This document shows positions 37,034-47,663 of a stretch of DNA of 64,000 bases, one piece after another. Both the position numbers and the translations under genes were made by a program. This DNA comes from Dehalococcoidia bacterium (GTDB taxonomy: Bacteria; Chloroflexota; Dehalococcoidia; UBA2979): positions 66,998 to 130,997 of the forward strand of contig CBDDEC010000004.1 of assembly GCA_965226785.1 (NCBI GenBank). Reading direction: 5' to 3'. How positions within the stretch are numbered: the first letter of the stretch is position 1; every line of letters begins with the position of its first letter. The notes under the pieces were generated by a model, which did not search any database, was not told the DNA's origin, and was given only the letters and a program-made list of their open reading frames with translations.

Positions 37034-37465
37034 CTAGTCGGCCGGCGCTTCGAGCATGATCGTCGCGTCGCCGCGGATCACCTCGACGCCCTCCTGGTTG
37101 AGGACGTTGGTGTCGAGCTTGACGATGCTGCGGTCGGGGTCGACCTCGTTGACCGTGACCGTCGCGGTGATCGTATCGCCTGCGGCCACCGGTGCGCGGA
37201 ATTGGAGGTTCTGGCCGAGGTAAATCACAACCGAGTCGGGAGCAATTTTGGTTCCGAGCGCCGCTGAAATGACGCCGGCGCCCAACATGCCGTGTGCGAT
37301 CGGCTGCTTGAACCTCGTGCGGGCCGCGTAATCAGCGTCGGAGTGCAGCGGGTTGTGGTCGCCGGTGACATCGGCGAAGGCATTGATGTCGTCCTGCGTG
37401 ACCGGCTTCGAGAAGCTGGCGCTGGACCCGACCGTGATGCCGTGGACCGCCGGTTCCTGTGCCAT
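37034..37465 (-). CDS. MaoC-like (R)-specific enoyl-CoA hydratase
   Basis: The hydratase 2 motif FADVTGDHNPLHSDADYAARTRFKQPIAHGML is present. Confidence 0.85.
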   Translation of the reverse strand: MAQEPAVHGITVGSSASFSKPVTQDDINAFADVTGDHNPLHSDADYAARTRFKQPIAHGMLGAGVISAALGTKIAPDSVVIYLGQNLQFRAPVAAGDTITATVTVNEVDPDRSIVKLDTNVLNQEGVEVIRGDATIMLEAPAD

Positions 37466-37625
37466 GTTCGCCTCCGCCTCCGCGCGCTGCTGTGGGGGGC
37501 ATCGTACGAGGCTGGGGAGGGGCGAACAATCTCGCCAGGACTCGCAGGAGAGGCCCGGATCGCCCCGTCGTTACTGGACAACGCTCATAATAGGGGAAAT
37601 TAGTTCAATAGATGCATAAAAACCG

Positions 37626-37654
37626 TTGACCGCCGCCTGACGCGGTCATACGCT
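37626..37654 (+). promoter_or_regulatory. Putative suf operon promoter (-35 TTGACC, 17 nt spacer, -10 TACGCT) with an embedded inverted repeat TGACCGC-N8-GCGGTCA (candidate SufR operator)
   Basis: Read directly from the sequence. It lies 95 nt upstream of the sufR ATG and is preceded by an unusually AT-rich stretch at 37585-37625. Confidence 0.5.
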
Positions 37655-37748
37655 AGTGGTGCGAGCGGAGAGTGCTTCGCACACACCGCAGAGGAGCAAC
37701 CGGATCGAGACGCCGAGGGCGCTCGGATCCACCTCGCAGCGGGGGCAT

Positions 37749-38513
37749 ATGCAGAAGACGCGCGACGAAGTCGTACGGATCCTCAACGAGCGCGGCGAGG
37801 CCTCGGTGGCCGAGCTAGCGGAGGCGATCGGCGTCTCCAAGGGCTCGATCCGCCGGCACATGGACATCATGGTTGCCGACGGGCTGCTCGGGACGCAGCT
37901 CGTGAGGCAGGGTCGCGGCCGGCCCCTGACGCGCTACTCGCTGTCCGAGGCCGGCGAGGAGCAGAGCTCCTCAGAACACTACTCGCGTCTCCTCGACCGC
38001 ATGTCGCCGGCGCTGGCCGCCCTGCCCTCAGAGGCGGTGGACGGACGCAGCGGCGCGGCCATCCTCGACGAGCTCTTCGACCAGATCGCAAACGCGGTGG
38101 CCGAGGAGCATGCGCCGCGGGTGACCGCCGAGCACCTTGAGGGCCGCGTGGAACAGGTCACGGACGTGCTGCGCGAAGAGGGGATCCTCGACGAGGTGCG
38201 TGACACGGGCGAGTTCTTCGTGCTGCGCAACAGCGGCTGTCCCTATCGCTCCACGGCGGCGGAGACACGTGCCTGCTGCGCGGCGGACCGGCGCGCCATC
38301 GAGTTGCTGCTCGGTGCTCCCGTCGAGCAAATCACGACACTCGCCGCGGGCGGCGAGCGCTGCGAATACATCGTCCGCAAGGATGAGGCCATGACCGGTA
38401 CGACACAGACCACCAGGACGAGCGGCCAGGCAGACGCCTCCGCGGAGATCGCCCTGATCTCAGACGTAACAATCGAACGGGCAACAGAGGACCGAAGCAC
38501 GGAGGCGCGATGA
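37749..38513 (+). CDS. sufR: SufR-type Fe-S cluster biogenesis transcriptional regulator
   Basis: wHTH RDEVVRILNERGEASVAELAEAIGVSKGSIRRHMDIM..GRGRPLTRYSLSEAG and C-terminal Cys ligands (GCPY..ACCA..RCEY). It is the first gene of the suf operon. Confidence 0.8.
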   Translation: MQKTRDEVVRILNERGEASVAELAEAIGVSKGSIRRHMDIMVADGLLGTQLVRQGRGRPLTRYSLSEAGEEQSSSEHYSRLLDRMSPALAALPSEAVDGRSGAAILDELFDQIANAVAEEHAPRVTAEHLEGRVEQVTDVLREEGILDEVRDTGEFFVLRNSGCPYRSTAAETRACCAADRRAIELLLGAPVEQITTLAAGGERCEYIVRKDEAMTGTTQTTRTSGQADASAEIALISDVTIERATEDRSTEAR

Positions 38514-39325
38514 GCGACCCGAATCTGGAAGCAATCCTCGAGGTCAGCGGCCTCGAGGTCAGCGTGACCGCGAAGCCCGACGTACACATCGTCAAGGGCG
38601 TCGATCTGGTCATCCGACCGGGCGAAGTGCACGCGCTGATGGGCCCGAATGGCTCCGGCAAGAGCACGCTGGCAAATGCGATCGCCGGAAGTCCGGCCTA
38701 CAAGATTGATGCCGGTGAGATTCGCTTCAAGGGCGAGAACATCACCGAGGAACTGGCGGACGCGCGGGCGCGTCGCGGGCTTTTCCTCTCCTTCCAGTAC
38801 CCGACCGCGATCCCTGGCGTGACGATGGTGAACTTCATGCGCGAGGCGCTCAAGGCACGCCGCGGCCAGGAAGTACCAGCGCGCGAGTTTCTCCAGGAGC
38901 TGCGCACTGTGCTGCAGACGCTGAAGATCGATGAGGATTTCGCGCGTCGATACGTGAATGAGGGAGCCTCTGGCGGCGAGAAGAAGCGCGCCGAGATCCT
39001 GCAGCTGGGGCTGATCAAGCCAGACCTCGCGATCCTCGACGAAACCGATAGCGGTCTCGACGTGGACGCGCTGCGGACGGTGGCCGAGGGCATCAACGCG
39101 CTGCGCACACCAGACATCGGCGTGCTGATCATCACCCACTACCAGCGAATCCTGAACTACATCACACCGGACATCGTCCACATCCTCGTGGATGGCCGCA
39201 TCGTACGTTCGGGCGACGCGGAGCTTGCCAAACAGATCGAGGCCGAAGGCTACGAGCCGCTGCTCAAGGAGTTCGGACTGACCGCAGCCGTCGAGGATGG
39301 CGTGGCGGAGGAGGTACCAGCATGA
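38510..39325 (+). CDS. sufC: Fe-S cluster assembly ATPase SufC
   Basis: [18 protein letters not shown] and [10 protein letters not shown] motifs are present, with a 4-nt overlap with sufR. Confidence 0.95.
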   Translation: MSDPNLEAILEVSGLEVSVTAKPDVHIVKGVDLVIRPGEVHALMGPNGSGKSTLANAIAGSPAYKIDAGEIRFKGENITEELADARARRGLFLSFQYPTAIPGVTMVNFMREALKARRGQEVPAREFLQELRTVLQTLKIDEDFARRYVNEGASGGEKKRAEILQLGLIKPDLAILDETDSGLDVDALRTVAEGINALRTPDIGVLIITHYQRILNYITPDIVHILVDGRIVRSGDAELAKQIEAEGYEPLLKEFGLTAAVEDGVAEEVPA

Positions 39326-40761
39326 CGACTGGACAGGAACGTATCGCAGCCGAACAGGAGCGTGCCCGTGGCGCCGTCGGCGAGTACCAGTGGGGCTTCC
39401 ACGACGATGAGCAGCCGTTGTTCATGGCCGAGAAGGGCCTCAACGAGGACGTCATCCGCGGCATGTCCAAGATGAAGGATGAGCCAAAGTGGATGCTCGA
39501 CTATCGGCTTGACGCCTATCGCCGCTTCCTCGAACTGCCGAATCCAAGCTGGGCCGGCAGTCCGGAGGTACTCGAGGCACTCGACTTCGACGACATTCAC
39601 TACTACGTGAAGGCGACCGATCAGGACGCGGCCAGCTGGGATGATGTGCCCGAGTACATCAAAGACACGTTCGACAAGCTCGGTATCCCGGAGGCGGAAC
39701 GCCAGTTCCTGGCGGGCGCAGGGGCGCAGTACGACTCCGAGGTCGTCTACCACAACATCCGCGGAGACCTCGAAGAGCAGGGTGTGATCTTCCTGGGGAT
39801 GGACCAGGGACTCGCGGAGCACGAGGACATCGTGCGCGAGTACTTCGGCACGCTCATCCCATCAGGGGACAATCGCTTCGCAGCGTTGAACTCGGCGATC
39901 TGGTCCGGCGGATCGTTCATCTACGTCCCGCCTGGGGTAGAGGTCGATGTGCCGCTGCAGGCTTACTTCCGTATCAACACCGAGAATATGGGCCAGTTCG
40001 AGCGGACGTTGATCATTGCCGACGAAGGCAGCCGGCTGCACTACGTCGAGGGCTGCACGGCCCCAATCTACTCGACCGACTCGTTGCACTCGGCGGTGGT
40101 CGAGATCGTCGTCAAGAAGAACGCGCGGATGCGCTACACGACCATCCAGAACTGGTCGAACAACGTCTATAACCTCGTGACCAAGCGCGCCTACGCCTAT
40201 GAGAACGCGATCATGGAGTGGGTCGATGGCAACATCGGCAGCAAGCTGACGATGAAGTACCCATCGGTCTATCTGATGGGCGAGGGCGCGCATGGGGAGG
40301 TGCTGTCGCTCGCCTTTGCGGGAGACGGGCAGCACCAGGATGCGGGTGGCAAGATCATCCACGTCGCGCCGAATACCTCCTCGGCGATCGTCTCGAAGTC
40401 CGTATCTCGTGCCTCCGGGCGCACGTCATACCGCGGGCTGTTGAAGGTGTACGAAGGCGCCGAGAACACAACTTCGACGGTGCGCTGTGACGCGCTGCTG
40501 CTCGACGAGGCCTCGAGGTCGGACACGTATCCGACGATGGAGATCGACGAAGAGCGAGTGAACATCGGGCACGAGGCCTCGGTCTCGAAGCTCGGCGAGG
40601 ATCAGCTCTTCTACCTGATGTCGCGTGGCATTACCGAAGAGGACGCGGCGAAGATGGTCGTCAACGGCTTTGTCGAACCGATCGTGAAAGAGCTCCCGAT
40701 GGAGTACGCGATCGAACTCAACCGCCTGATCGAACTGCAGATGGAAGGCTCGGTCGGTTGA
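39322..40761 (+). CDS. sufB: Fe-S cluster assembly scaffold protein SufB
   Basis: 479 aa: ...[33 protein letters not shown]...[15 protein letters not shown]... Confidence 0.95.
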   Translation: MTTGQERIAAEQERARGAVGEYQWGFHDDEQPLFMAEKGLNEDVIRGMSKMKDEPKWMLDYRLDAYRRFLELPNPSWAGSPEVLEALDFDDIHYYVKATDQDAASWDDVPEYIKDTFDKLGIPEAERQFLAGAGAQYDSEVVYHNIRGDLEEQGVIFLGMDQGLAEHEDIVREYFGTLIPSGDNRFAALNSAIWSGGSFIYVPPGVEVDVPLQAYFRINTENMGQFERTLIIADEGSRLHYVEGCTAPIYSTDSLHSAVVEIVVKKNARMRYTTIQNWSNNVYNLVTKRAYAYENAIMEWVDGNIGSKLTMKYPSVYLMGEGAHGEVLSLAFAGDGQHQDAGGKIIHVAPNTSSAIVSKSVSRASGRTSYRGLLKVYEGAENTTSTVRCDALLLDEASRSDTYPTMEIDEERVNIGHEASVSKLGEDQLFYLMSRGITEEDAAKMVVNGFVEPIVKELPMEYAIELNRLIELQMEGSVG

Positions 40762-41963
40762 TGGCAGAGACTGCCAGCGCGTTGGCCAGTCTAGGTGGGC
40801 TGACCGAAGAGACCGCGCTCGTCGCCGCCCGCGAGCGCGGCGATCCGGAGTGGCTGCTCGATCGTCGCGCGGAGGCGGCGCGTGCATTCGCAGCGCTGCC
40901 GTTGCCCACGCCGGCACTGCGACCGTGGAAGTACACGGACATCACCGACCTCGACCTCGAGTCATACGTGCCGTCAGACCTCACGGTCACGGTCGAGCGC
41001 GCAGCCGAACTGGAGCGAGCAGCCGCCCTCGGCACGCTGATAACGGCCGACGATGGCAAGTTCGCGGCCGCCAACCTTGCTCTGGCTGAACCGATCGTCC
41101 TCTCGTTCGACCGCAACGAGGTGGTCGAGGAACCAATTGTTGTCGAGCTCTCGGCGGCGCCCGACTCGGACCACGCCGAGCGAGCCGCCGTCTTCCCGCG
41201 GCTGTTTATCGAGGCGGGCGAGGGTTCCGAGGCGACGATCCTGGTCCGGCTGCGATCTGATGACGCTCCGCTGTTCGTCGCGGGCGTGATTGAGATCTTC
41301 GCAGCACAGGGCTCACGCCTCCGCCTGCTGATCGACCAGCGCTGGGGCGCCCAGACGATCGACATCACCACGCTGCGCGCACACATCGGGCGCGACGCTG
41401 ACGTGAACATCGCCACGATGGCTTTCGGCGCGCGGCTGTTCAAACAGACGACTGAGGCGCTGCTCGAGGGCGAGGGCGCGAATTCGACCATCCGAGGCGT
41501 AGCACTCGGTACAGGCGATCAGCACTTCGACTTCGTGACGCTTCAAGACCACACCGGCGAGCACTCGATCTCGGACGTGCAGATCAAGGCAGCGCTGGCT
41601 GGCGCATCGAAGTCGGTCTACTACGGCGTCACCCGTGTTGGCGAGACCGCGGCCGGCGCTGAGGCGAAGCAGGAGAACCGCAACCTCCTGCTGTCCCGCC
41701 GGGCTAAGGCGGACAGCGACCCTGTCCTGGAGATCCTCACGTCCGAGGTGATCCGATGTACCCACGCCGCCACCGTCGGCCCGGTCGACGAGGACGCGTT
41801 GTTCTATCTCCAGACGCGCGGCCTCGATCGCCGGCAGTCGCTACAGCTACTCGTCGCTGGCTTCTTCCAGTCCGTCGCCGACGATATCCCGATCGCCGGT
41901 GTGATCGAAGAGATCAACGAACTCGTCCACGCGAAGCTCGCCGATGCTGAGCTCGTCTTGTGA
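40758..41963 (+). CDS. sufD: Fe-S cluster assembly protein SufD
   Basis: SufB/D beta-helix family member positioned after sufB. The C-terminus reads ...[32 protein letters not shown]. Confidence 0.9.
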   Translation: MMAETASALASLGGLTEETALVAARERGDPEWLLDRRAEAARAFAALPLPTPALRPWKYTDITDLDLESYVPSDLTVTVERAAELERAAALGTLITADDGKFAAANLALAEPIVLSFDRNEVVEEPIVVELSAAPDSDHAERAAVFPRLFIEAGEGSEATILVRLRSDDAPLFVAGVIEIFAAQGSRLRLLIDQRWGAQTIDITTLRAHIGRDADVNIATMAFGARLFKQTTEALLEGEGANSTIRGVALGTGDQHFDFVTLQDHTGEHSISDVQIKAALAGASKSVYYGVTRVGETAAGAEAKQENRNLLLSRRAKADSDPVLEILTSEVIRCTHAATVGPVDEDALFYLQTRGLDRRQSLQLLVAGFFQSVADDIPIAGVIEEINELVHAKLADAELVL

Positions 41964-41973
41964 GGACGGAAGC

Positions 41974-42300
41974 GTGAGCCGCGAGCAAATCGGCAACCGA
42001 TCAGACGTGCCGGAAGGCACGGTGCGGGTCGTCGAGTGCGCCAACGGGCGTTCGCTCGCCCTCGCGAATGTCGAGGGTGAGCTGTACGCGATCGACAACG
42101 TTTGCACCCACGACGCCGGTCCCCTGGGTGAGGGTGAGCTCTTCCAGGGGCACGTGATCTGCCCTCGGCATGGCGCCGCCTTCGACCCGAAGACGGGCAA
42201 GGTGTTGACGCTGCCGGCGGTACACGACGTGGCCTCCTTCGAGGTGACGGTCAAGCGCGATGAGGTTTACATCGACTGCGCGAGTGGCGAGGGGGCGTGA
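41974..42300 (+). CDS. Rieske [2Fe-2S] ferredoxin-type protein embedded in the suf operon
   Basis: CTHDAGPL and CPRHGAAF ligand boxes are present. GTG 41974 follows an SD gagga. Confidence 0.85.
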   Translation: MSREQIGNRSDVPEGTVRVVECANGRSLALANVEGELYAIDNVCTHDAGPLGEGELFQGHVICPRHGAAFDPKTGKVLTLPAVHDVASFEVTVKRDEVYIDCASGEGA

Positions 42301-43568
42301 TGACCATCGACACCGCCGCCGGGATCGACATCCACAAGGTGCGCCGCGATTTCCCGATACTCAAGCGCGAGGTACGGCCCGGTGTGCCGTTGATCTACCT
42401 TGACAACGCGGCCACCTCGCAGCGACCGGTGCAGGTGATCGCCGAGATCACCCGCTTCTACCGCGACCACAACGCCAACATCCACCGCGGCGTGCACACG
42501 CTCTCCGTCGAGGCAACCGAGCTGTATGAGGGTGCGCGCGCGAAGGTCGCCGCCTTCATCAACGCACCCGACCCGAGAGAGGTCATCTACACGCGCAACA
42601 CCACCGAGTCGATCAACCTCGTAGCGCACGGCTGGGGGCGCAAGTTCCTGGAGGCGGGCGACGAGGTCGTGCTGACGGAGATCGAGCACCACTCGAACAT
42701 CGTGCCGTGGCAGCTGCTGCGCGACGAGCGCGGCATTGTGCTCAAGTTCATCCCGATGCTGCCCGACGGCACCATCGATATGGACGTCGCGCGCGAGCTG
42801 ATCGGGCCGAAGACGCGACTCGTCGGCGCGGTCCACATGTCGAACGCGCTGGGCACGATCGTGCCGGTCGAGGAGCTGATCGGCTTCGCGAAGGAGCACG
42901 GGGCGCTGACGCTCATCGACGGTGCTCAGTCGGTGCCGCACATGCCCGTCGACGTGCAGGCGCTCGGCGCGGACTTCCTCGCACTCTCGGCGCATAAGAT
43001 GCTCGGCCCGACCGGCATCGGGGCGCTGTGGGGTCGCATGGAGCTGCTCGAAGCGATGGACCCGTTCATGGGCGGCGGCGAGATGATCTCCACGGTCACC
43101 CTCGAGGAGTCGACCTGGGCGGAGGTGCCGGCGAAGTTCGAGGCCGGCACGCCACACATCGCGGGCGCGGTCGGCTTCGGGGCGGCCGTCGACTACCTGA
43201 ACGCGATCGGCATGGACGCCGTGCGCGCGCACGAGCTCGAGATCGTCGAGTACGCGATGCGCCGCCTGGGCGACGTGCCCGGCGTGACCATCTTCGGTCC
43301 CGAGGACCCGCAGCAGCGCGGCGGTGTCGTTTCCTTCGAACTCGAGGGCGTGCACCCGCACGACCTCGGGCAGGTACTGGACGAGCAGGGGGTCGCGATT
43401 CGGACCGGGCACCACTGCGCCCAGCCCGTGATGGCGGCGCTGGACGTGCCGGCTACGGCGCGTGCGTCGTTCTACATCTACTCGACGAACGAAGAGGTCG
43501 ATGCGCTCGTGCGGGCGGTCGAAGCGGCCGGTGAGTTCTTCAAGCCGACGAAAGAAGGCGACGCGTGA
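42297..43568 (+). CDS. sufS: SufS cysteine desulfurase (class II)
   Basis: YLDNAATSQ, LSAHKMLGPTGIG and RTGHHCAQP motifs are present. Confidence 0.95.
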   Translation: MMTIDTAAGIDIHKVRRDFPILKREVRPGVPLIYLDNAATSQRPVQVIAEITRFYRDHNANIHRGVHTLSVEATELYEGARAKVAAFINAPDPREVIYTRNTTESINLVAHGWGRKFLEAGDEVVLTEIEHHSNIVPWQLLRDERGIVLKFIPMLPDGTIDMDVARELIGPKTRLVGAVHMSNALGTIVPVEELIGFAKEHGALTLIDGAQSVPHMPVDVQALGADFLALSAHKMLGPTGIGALWGRMELLEAMDPFMGGGEMISTVTLEESTWAEVPAKFEAGTPHIAGAVGFGAAVDYLNAIGMDAVRAHELEIVEYAMRRLGDVPGVTIFGPEDPQQRGGVVSFELEGVHPHDLGQVLDEQGVAIRTGHHCAQPVMAALDVPATARASFYIYSTNEEVDALVRAVEAAGEFFKPTKEGDA

Positions 43569-44077
43569 GCGGCGGCGGCAGCCTCCTGGAGGATCTGTAC
43601 AAGGAGATCCTGCTCGACCACTACCGGAACCCGCGAAACAAGGGCTCGCTGGACGTTCCCAGCTGCGCGGCCGATGGCGCGAATCCACTCTGCGGCGACC
43701 AGGTCACCGTCGAGGCCAACCTCGCGGGCGATCGCCTCGCGGAGGTGACGTTCGAGGGCCGCGGCTGCTCAATCTCGCAGGCCTCGGCCTCGATGATGAC
43801 GGAGTACGTGCAGGGTCGGACCGTGGACGAGGCGCGGCACGGCGTCGCCGCCTTCCAGCGGATGATGATCGAGGCGGAGACGCCCGATGAGGAGGGCTTC
43901 GACGACATCGAGGCCCTGATCGGCGTGGCCAAGTTCCCGGCGCGGGTGAAGTGCGCCTCGCTGGCCTGGAAGACGCTCGAGCGGGCGCTCGACGGCCAGG
44001 GCAGCGGCGCCGTCACCACGGATGAACGCAGCAGATCCGCGGTAGCGGGTGCAGACAGAGACGGCGGTAGCTCATGA
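43565..44077 (+). CDS. sufU: SufU / NifU-N-like Fe-S assembly (sulfur acceptor) protein
   Basis: LYKEILLDHYRNPRNKG...NPLCGD...GRGCSISQASASMM...KCASLAW, plus a C-terminal tail of about 25 aa. Confidence 0.9.
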   Translation: MSGGGSLLEDLYKEILLDHYRNPRNKGSLDVPSCAADGANPLCGDQVTVEANLAGDRLAEVTFEGRGCSISQASASMMTEYVQGRTVDEARHGVAAFQRMMIEAETPDEEGFDDIEALIGVAKFPARVKCASLAWKTLERALDGQGSGAVTTDERSRSAVAGADRDGGSS

Positions 44078-44421
44078 CCGAGGAACAGACGGACGGCGCG
44101 AGCGACCTTGGTGGTCCCCCGACCGAGGAGAGCATGTGGGCCGCGTTGCGCCAGGTCGAGGACCCGGAACTGCGCCTCAGCATCGTCGAACTCGGCCTTG
44201 TCTACGGCGTTGAGCTCGACGAGGACGGTGTCGCGACTGTCGACATGACGCTCACCTCGCCCGCCTGCCCGGTCGGACCGATGCTGCAGGGCATGGTCTT
44301 CCACAGCCTCTCCGGCATGGAGGGCATCGAGGACGTCGAGGTCAACCTGGTCTGGGAGCCGCCCTGGGACCCAAAGAAGATGGCTTCGGAAGAGGTCAAG
44401 ATGACCCTGGGCATCTGGTAG
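44074..44421 (+). CDS. sufT: DUF59 / SufT-like Fe-S assembly factor
   Basis: VEDPELRLSIVELGLVYGVELD...VDMTLTSPACPVGP. Confidence 0.85.
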   Translation: MTEEQTDGASDLGGPPTEESMWAALRQVEDPELRLSIVELGLVYGVELDEDGVATVDMTLTSPACPVGPMLQGMVFHSLSGMEGIEDVEVNLVWEPPWDPKKMASEEVKMTLGIW

Positions 44422-44430
44422 CCCACCTCG

Positions 44431-45045
44431 TCAGCGCGCCCCGAACTGCCCTCGCAACTCGCCGGACGGCACGTCGCGCACCTCGGGTGCGCCGAGGCGT
44501 GAGCACCCCACGTTGACGGCGCGACAGGCGCCGAGCCGGACGCGCTCGATGTTCACTACGGCCTCACCGTCGTCAATCTCGACGTCGAAACGCGCGAGGT
44601 CGCGCGGCGCACTCGCGTGTAGCGCTACGCCGGCCCGCGAGTAACGGGCCGGGCCACAGGGGTCGACCAGCACGCCGGTGATGTCGCCCGCGCGGGCGGT
44701 GACATCGAACGCCAGCTGGCAGCCAGTCGAGGGTTCACGGGAGAGCAGCGCCACCAGCTCGCCGTCCTCGCCGAAGCCGATGTAGACGCCGAAGGTCGAG
44801 CCGTCGGTGTCGCTGCCAAACGGGATCACGGGCTCAAAGCGTGGCCGTGCGACGTCGATCTCCTCGAGGGGTACGTGCACCTCGCGGTCTGGCACGCTGC
44901 TCGTGAACGCGGCCACGCAGGCGCCGACGATCACGATCGTGGCGAGGACCACGAGGCCGAAGAACAGCAGTCGCGGCCACGGGTTCCGCGGCCGCGACGG
45001 GTCGGGCGGCTCGTCGATGTCGTCCATTGCGCGCAGCAGCGTCAC
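44431..45045 (-). CDS. Membrane-anchored hypothetical protein
   Basis: GTG 45045 lies directly after the glcF stop. There is one N-terminal TM helix and a Cys-containing beta-rich ectodomain. No confident family assignment. Confidence 0.5.
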   Translation of the reverse strand: MTLLRAMDDIDEPPDPSRPRNPWPRLLFFGLVVLATIVIVGACVAAFTSSVPDREVHVPLEEIDVARPRFEPVIPFGSDTDGSTFGVYIGFGEDGELVALLSREPSTGCQLAFDVTARAGDITGVLVDPCGPARYSRAGVALHASAPRDLARFDVEIDDGEAVVNIERVRLGACRAVNVGCSRLGAPEVRDVPSGELRGQFGAR

Positions 45046-46377
45046 TCAGTCGCTGCCGTCCGCGCCGGCCTCGATCGCGTCGGCCAACAGCTCGATGGTG
45101 TGGCGCACGAGGCGTTCAGGGCGCTCGCTCTGGCGCACGGCGCTCTCGATCTGCATCGTGCAGCCCGGGTTGGAGGTGCAGACCTCGTCTGCTCCCGTGG
45201 CGTCGATGTCCGACATCTTCGCGGCCAGCACCGTCGAGGACATCTCCCGCTGCGCGAGGGCGTAGATGCCGGCGGATCCGCAGCAGCGGTCGGGCGTGGC
45301 CTGCTCGCGCAGCTCGACGCCGGGAATCGCCTCGAGGATCGAGCGCGGCGCCTCGCGGATGCCCTGCGCGTGGGCGAGGTGGCAGGCGTCCTGCACCGTC
45401 ACCGTGCGCTCGACCCGCCCGAGGTCGTGCGCGAAGTCCGCTTCGGCAACGTACTCAAGGATGTCGCGGACCGTGGCGGAGAAGCGTTCGGCTCGTTCTG
45501 CCCAAGCGTCGTCGTGGCGGAGCAAGCGGCCGTACTCCTTCATCGCGGCGCCGCAACCGGCGGCGTTGACGATTACCGCCTCGACCTCGGCGGCCTCGAA
45601 AGCCGCGATGTTGCGCCGGGCGAGGGCGCGGGCGGTATCCACGTCACCGGCGTGCGAGTGGAGCGCGCCACAGCAGCTCTGTTGCGGCGGCGCAACGACC
45701 TCGGCGCCCGTGTGCGCGAGCACGCGTACCGTCGCCTCGTGCATGCGTGGGTAGAGCTCGCCGTGGATGCAGCCGAGCAGCAGCGCGACACGCGCCGAGG
45801 GCGCGTCGGGGCCGGGCGCCGCTGCCAGCGTGCCGGTCTCGCGGTAGGGCGCGTCGCGGAGTGTTGGCGCTGCCGCCTCGAGGCGACGAAGCCGTTCGGG
45901 GAGCGCGCGCCCGAGCGGGCCTCGGACCAGCGCTTGCAGGCCCGACCGCGAGTAGAGCCGGCCGAGCCCGAGCGCGAACCGCAGCCGTCGAGGCCGCGCC
46001 AGGACATCGCGCAGCAGCCTCGTGCGCCACGTCCACGCGCGCGGCGGCGGCTCGGGCGCGGCGAGCAGCGAGGCGCGAGCGTCCTCCATGATGCGCCCGT
46101 AAGGCACCGCCGAGGGGCACGCGGTCTCGCAGGCGCGGCACTGCAGACAGAGGTCCAGGTGGCCCAGTGTGCGGTCGCTGGCCTCGATGCGGCCGTCGAG
46201 CAGCGCCGAGATCAGGTGCAGGCGGCCCCGCGGCGACTCCAACTCCTGCCCCGTCGCGAGGTAGGTCGGACAGGCGGGGAGGCAGAAGCCGCAGTGGATG
46301 CAGTTGTTGAGATCGTCCCGCGAGGGGATGTCCGGGCCGGCGAAGGCGATCGTCAGGGATTCGGTACGGGCGCTCAC
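45046..46377 (-). CDS. glcF: Glycolate oxidase Fe-S subunit GlcF-type (2x 4Fe-4S plus CCG domains)
   Basis: CIHCGFCLPACPTY, CLQCRACETACP and two CCG-type Cys-rich domains are present. Confidence 0.85.
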   Translation of the reverse strand: MSARTESLTIAFAGPDIPSRDDLNNCIHCGFCLPACPTYLATGQELESPRGRLHLISALLDGRIEASDRTLGHLDLCLQCRACETACPSAVPYGRIMEDARASLLAAPEPPPRAWTWRTRLLRDVLARPRRLRFALGLGRLYSRSGLQALVRGPLGRALPERLRRLEAAAPTLRDAPYRETGTLAAAPGPDAPSARVALLLGCIHGELYPRMHEATVRVLAHTGAEVVAPPQQSCCGALHSHAGDVDTARALARRNIAAFEAAEVEAVIVNAAGCGAAMKEYGRLLRHDDAWAERAERFSATVRDILEYVAEADFAHDLGRVERTVTVQDACHLAHAQGIREAPRSILEAIPGVELREQATPDRCCGSAGIYALAQREMSSTVLAAKMSDIDATGADEVCTSNPGCTMQIESAVRQSERPERLVRHTIELLADAIEAGADGSD

Positions 46378-47615
46378 AGACCCTCGCCCCAGCGGCCGGG
46401 ATTGATCACGCGCTCAGGATCGAATTGGTCCCGCAACGAGCGCACGAGCTCGATGTCGCCACCGCCGGCGGGGTCGATGTCACGTCGTGTCGCCGTCGGC
46501 GCCGCCTCGATGGCGAGGAAGCCGCCGAAGTGCTCCGCGACGCGACGAAGGTCGGCGATCACCGCGATGTCCGTCGGCTCCGCCCGGTGAGCCCAGACCG
46601 CGCCTGAGGCGATGTGACCCCACGCGGTGAAGCCCGCGGCGGTCGCATCTTCGATCATCTCGCCCAGCGCGGTGGCAGGGACGCCGGCGCGTAGCACGGT
46701 ACCGTCGGAGTCGCCGGCGAGACTCGCGAGGTGCCGCCAGGCGTCGGGGTTCGACTCGGCGGCTGCGCCCTCGTCGGCGATCGCCGTCATCGAGTGGTCG
46801 ACGGCGGTCTCGATGCCGGCGAGGTCGACGAGTACGGCGGCCGGTGCGGCGTGACCGGCGTCAACGGCCGCGCCGGCGGCCAGGACGCTAATCGCCCGCG
46901 CGGAGAGCGAGGCGTTCCACAGCCGCATGGCGCTCGCCGCCGCCTCGGCGATCGAGTTGCAGGTCAGGACGACGCTGCGCTGGGCGACCGGCAGCGGAGC
47001 GAGTTTGAACGAGGCTTCCACGATCACGCCGAACGCGCCGAGCGCGCCAGTGTTGAGGCGGTGCAAGTCGTAGCCGGTCACGTTCTTCACGACGCGCCCC
47101 CCGGAGTGCACCAGCCGGCCCTCGGCGGTGGCCATCGAGGCGCCCAGGATGAGGTCGCGGGCCGCTGGGAGGTGCCCACGCCAGGGACCGCTGCGGGCGG
47201 TGGCGAGCAGGCCGCCAACCGTGGCGCGGTCGTTTGGCGGTGGGTCGATCGGCAGATATTGCCCGTGCTCATGCAGCGTCGTCTGCAGCGCACCGAGGCT
47301 GATGCCGGCCTCGACGGTCACGGTGAGGTCGTCCGGCACGTACTCGACGATGCGATGCATCGTCCGCAGGTCGATCGCGACGTCGTAGCGCGTAAGCGGC
47401 CGTCCGAGGCTCAGCATCGTGCGTTCGCCCTGCGGGACGACCGAGAGGCCGGCGGCACTTGCCGCGGCGAGGATCGCCGCTACCTCGTTCGCGTCGTCCG
47501 GGCGGAATGCGATCTGCGGCTGCTCGCCGTCGATCGGGTAGTCGTGGGGTTCGCGTTCCACGTCCGAGGGCACGACATGGCGGATGGTATCGAGGGTCGC
47601 GTCGACCGCTGTCAT
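46374..47615 (-). CDS. glcE: Glycolate oxidase FAD-binding subunit GlcE-type
   Basis: FAD_binding_4 pattern VVPQGERT...KNVTGYDL. There is a 4-nt overlap with glcF. Confidence 0.8.
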   Translation of the reverse strand: MTAVDATLDTIRHVVPSDVEREPHDYPIDGEQPQIAFRPDDANEVAAILAAASAAGLSVVPQGERTMLSLGRPLTRYDVAIDLRTMHRIVEYVPDDLTVTVEAGISLGALQTTLHEHGQYLPIDPPPNDRATVGGLLATARSGPWRGHLPAARDLILGASMATAEGRLVHSGGRVVKNVTGYDLHRLNTGALGAFGVIVEASFKLAPLPVAQRSVVLTCNSIAEAAASAMRLWNASLSARAISVLAAGAAVDAGHAAPAAVLVDLAGIETAVDHSMTAIADEGAAAESNPDAWRHLASLAGDSDGTVLRAGVPATALGEMIEDATAAGFTAWGHIASGAVWAHRAEPTDIAVIADLRRVAEHFGGFLAIEAAPTATRRDIDPAGGGDIELVRSLRDQFDPERVINPGRWGEGL

Positions 47616-47663
47616 CCCGTCCTCCGCCGGTCCCGACTCGCTCGGTGGGTCAACCTCGGCGGC

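Noticed and set aside
45040-45050. The glcF stop TGA (45046-45048) is followed immediately, in the same frame, by the GTG of the next ORF. This raised the possibility of Sec or read-through fusion.
   Set aside because: GlcF is already full length at this point. No Cys-aligned column or convincing downstream hairpin is present. The downstream protein starts with its own cytoplasmic stub and TM helix. Simple stop-start juxtaposition explains it.
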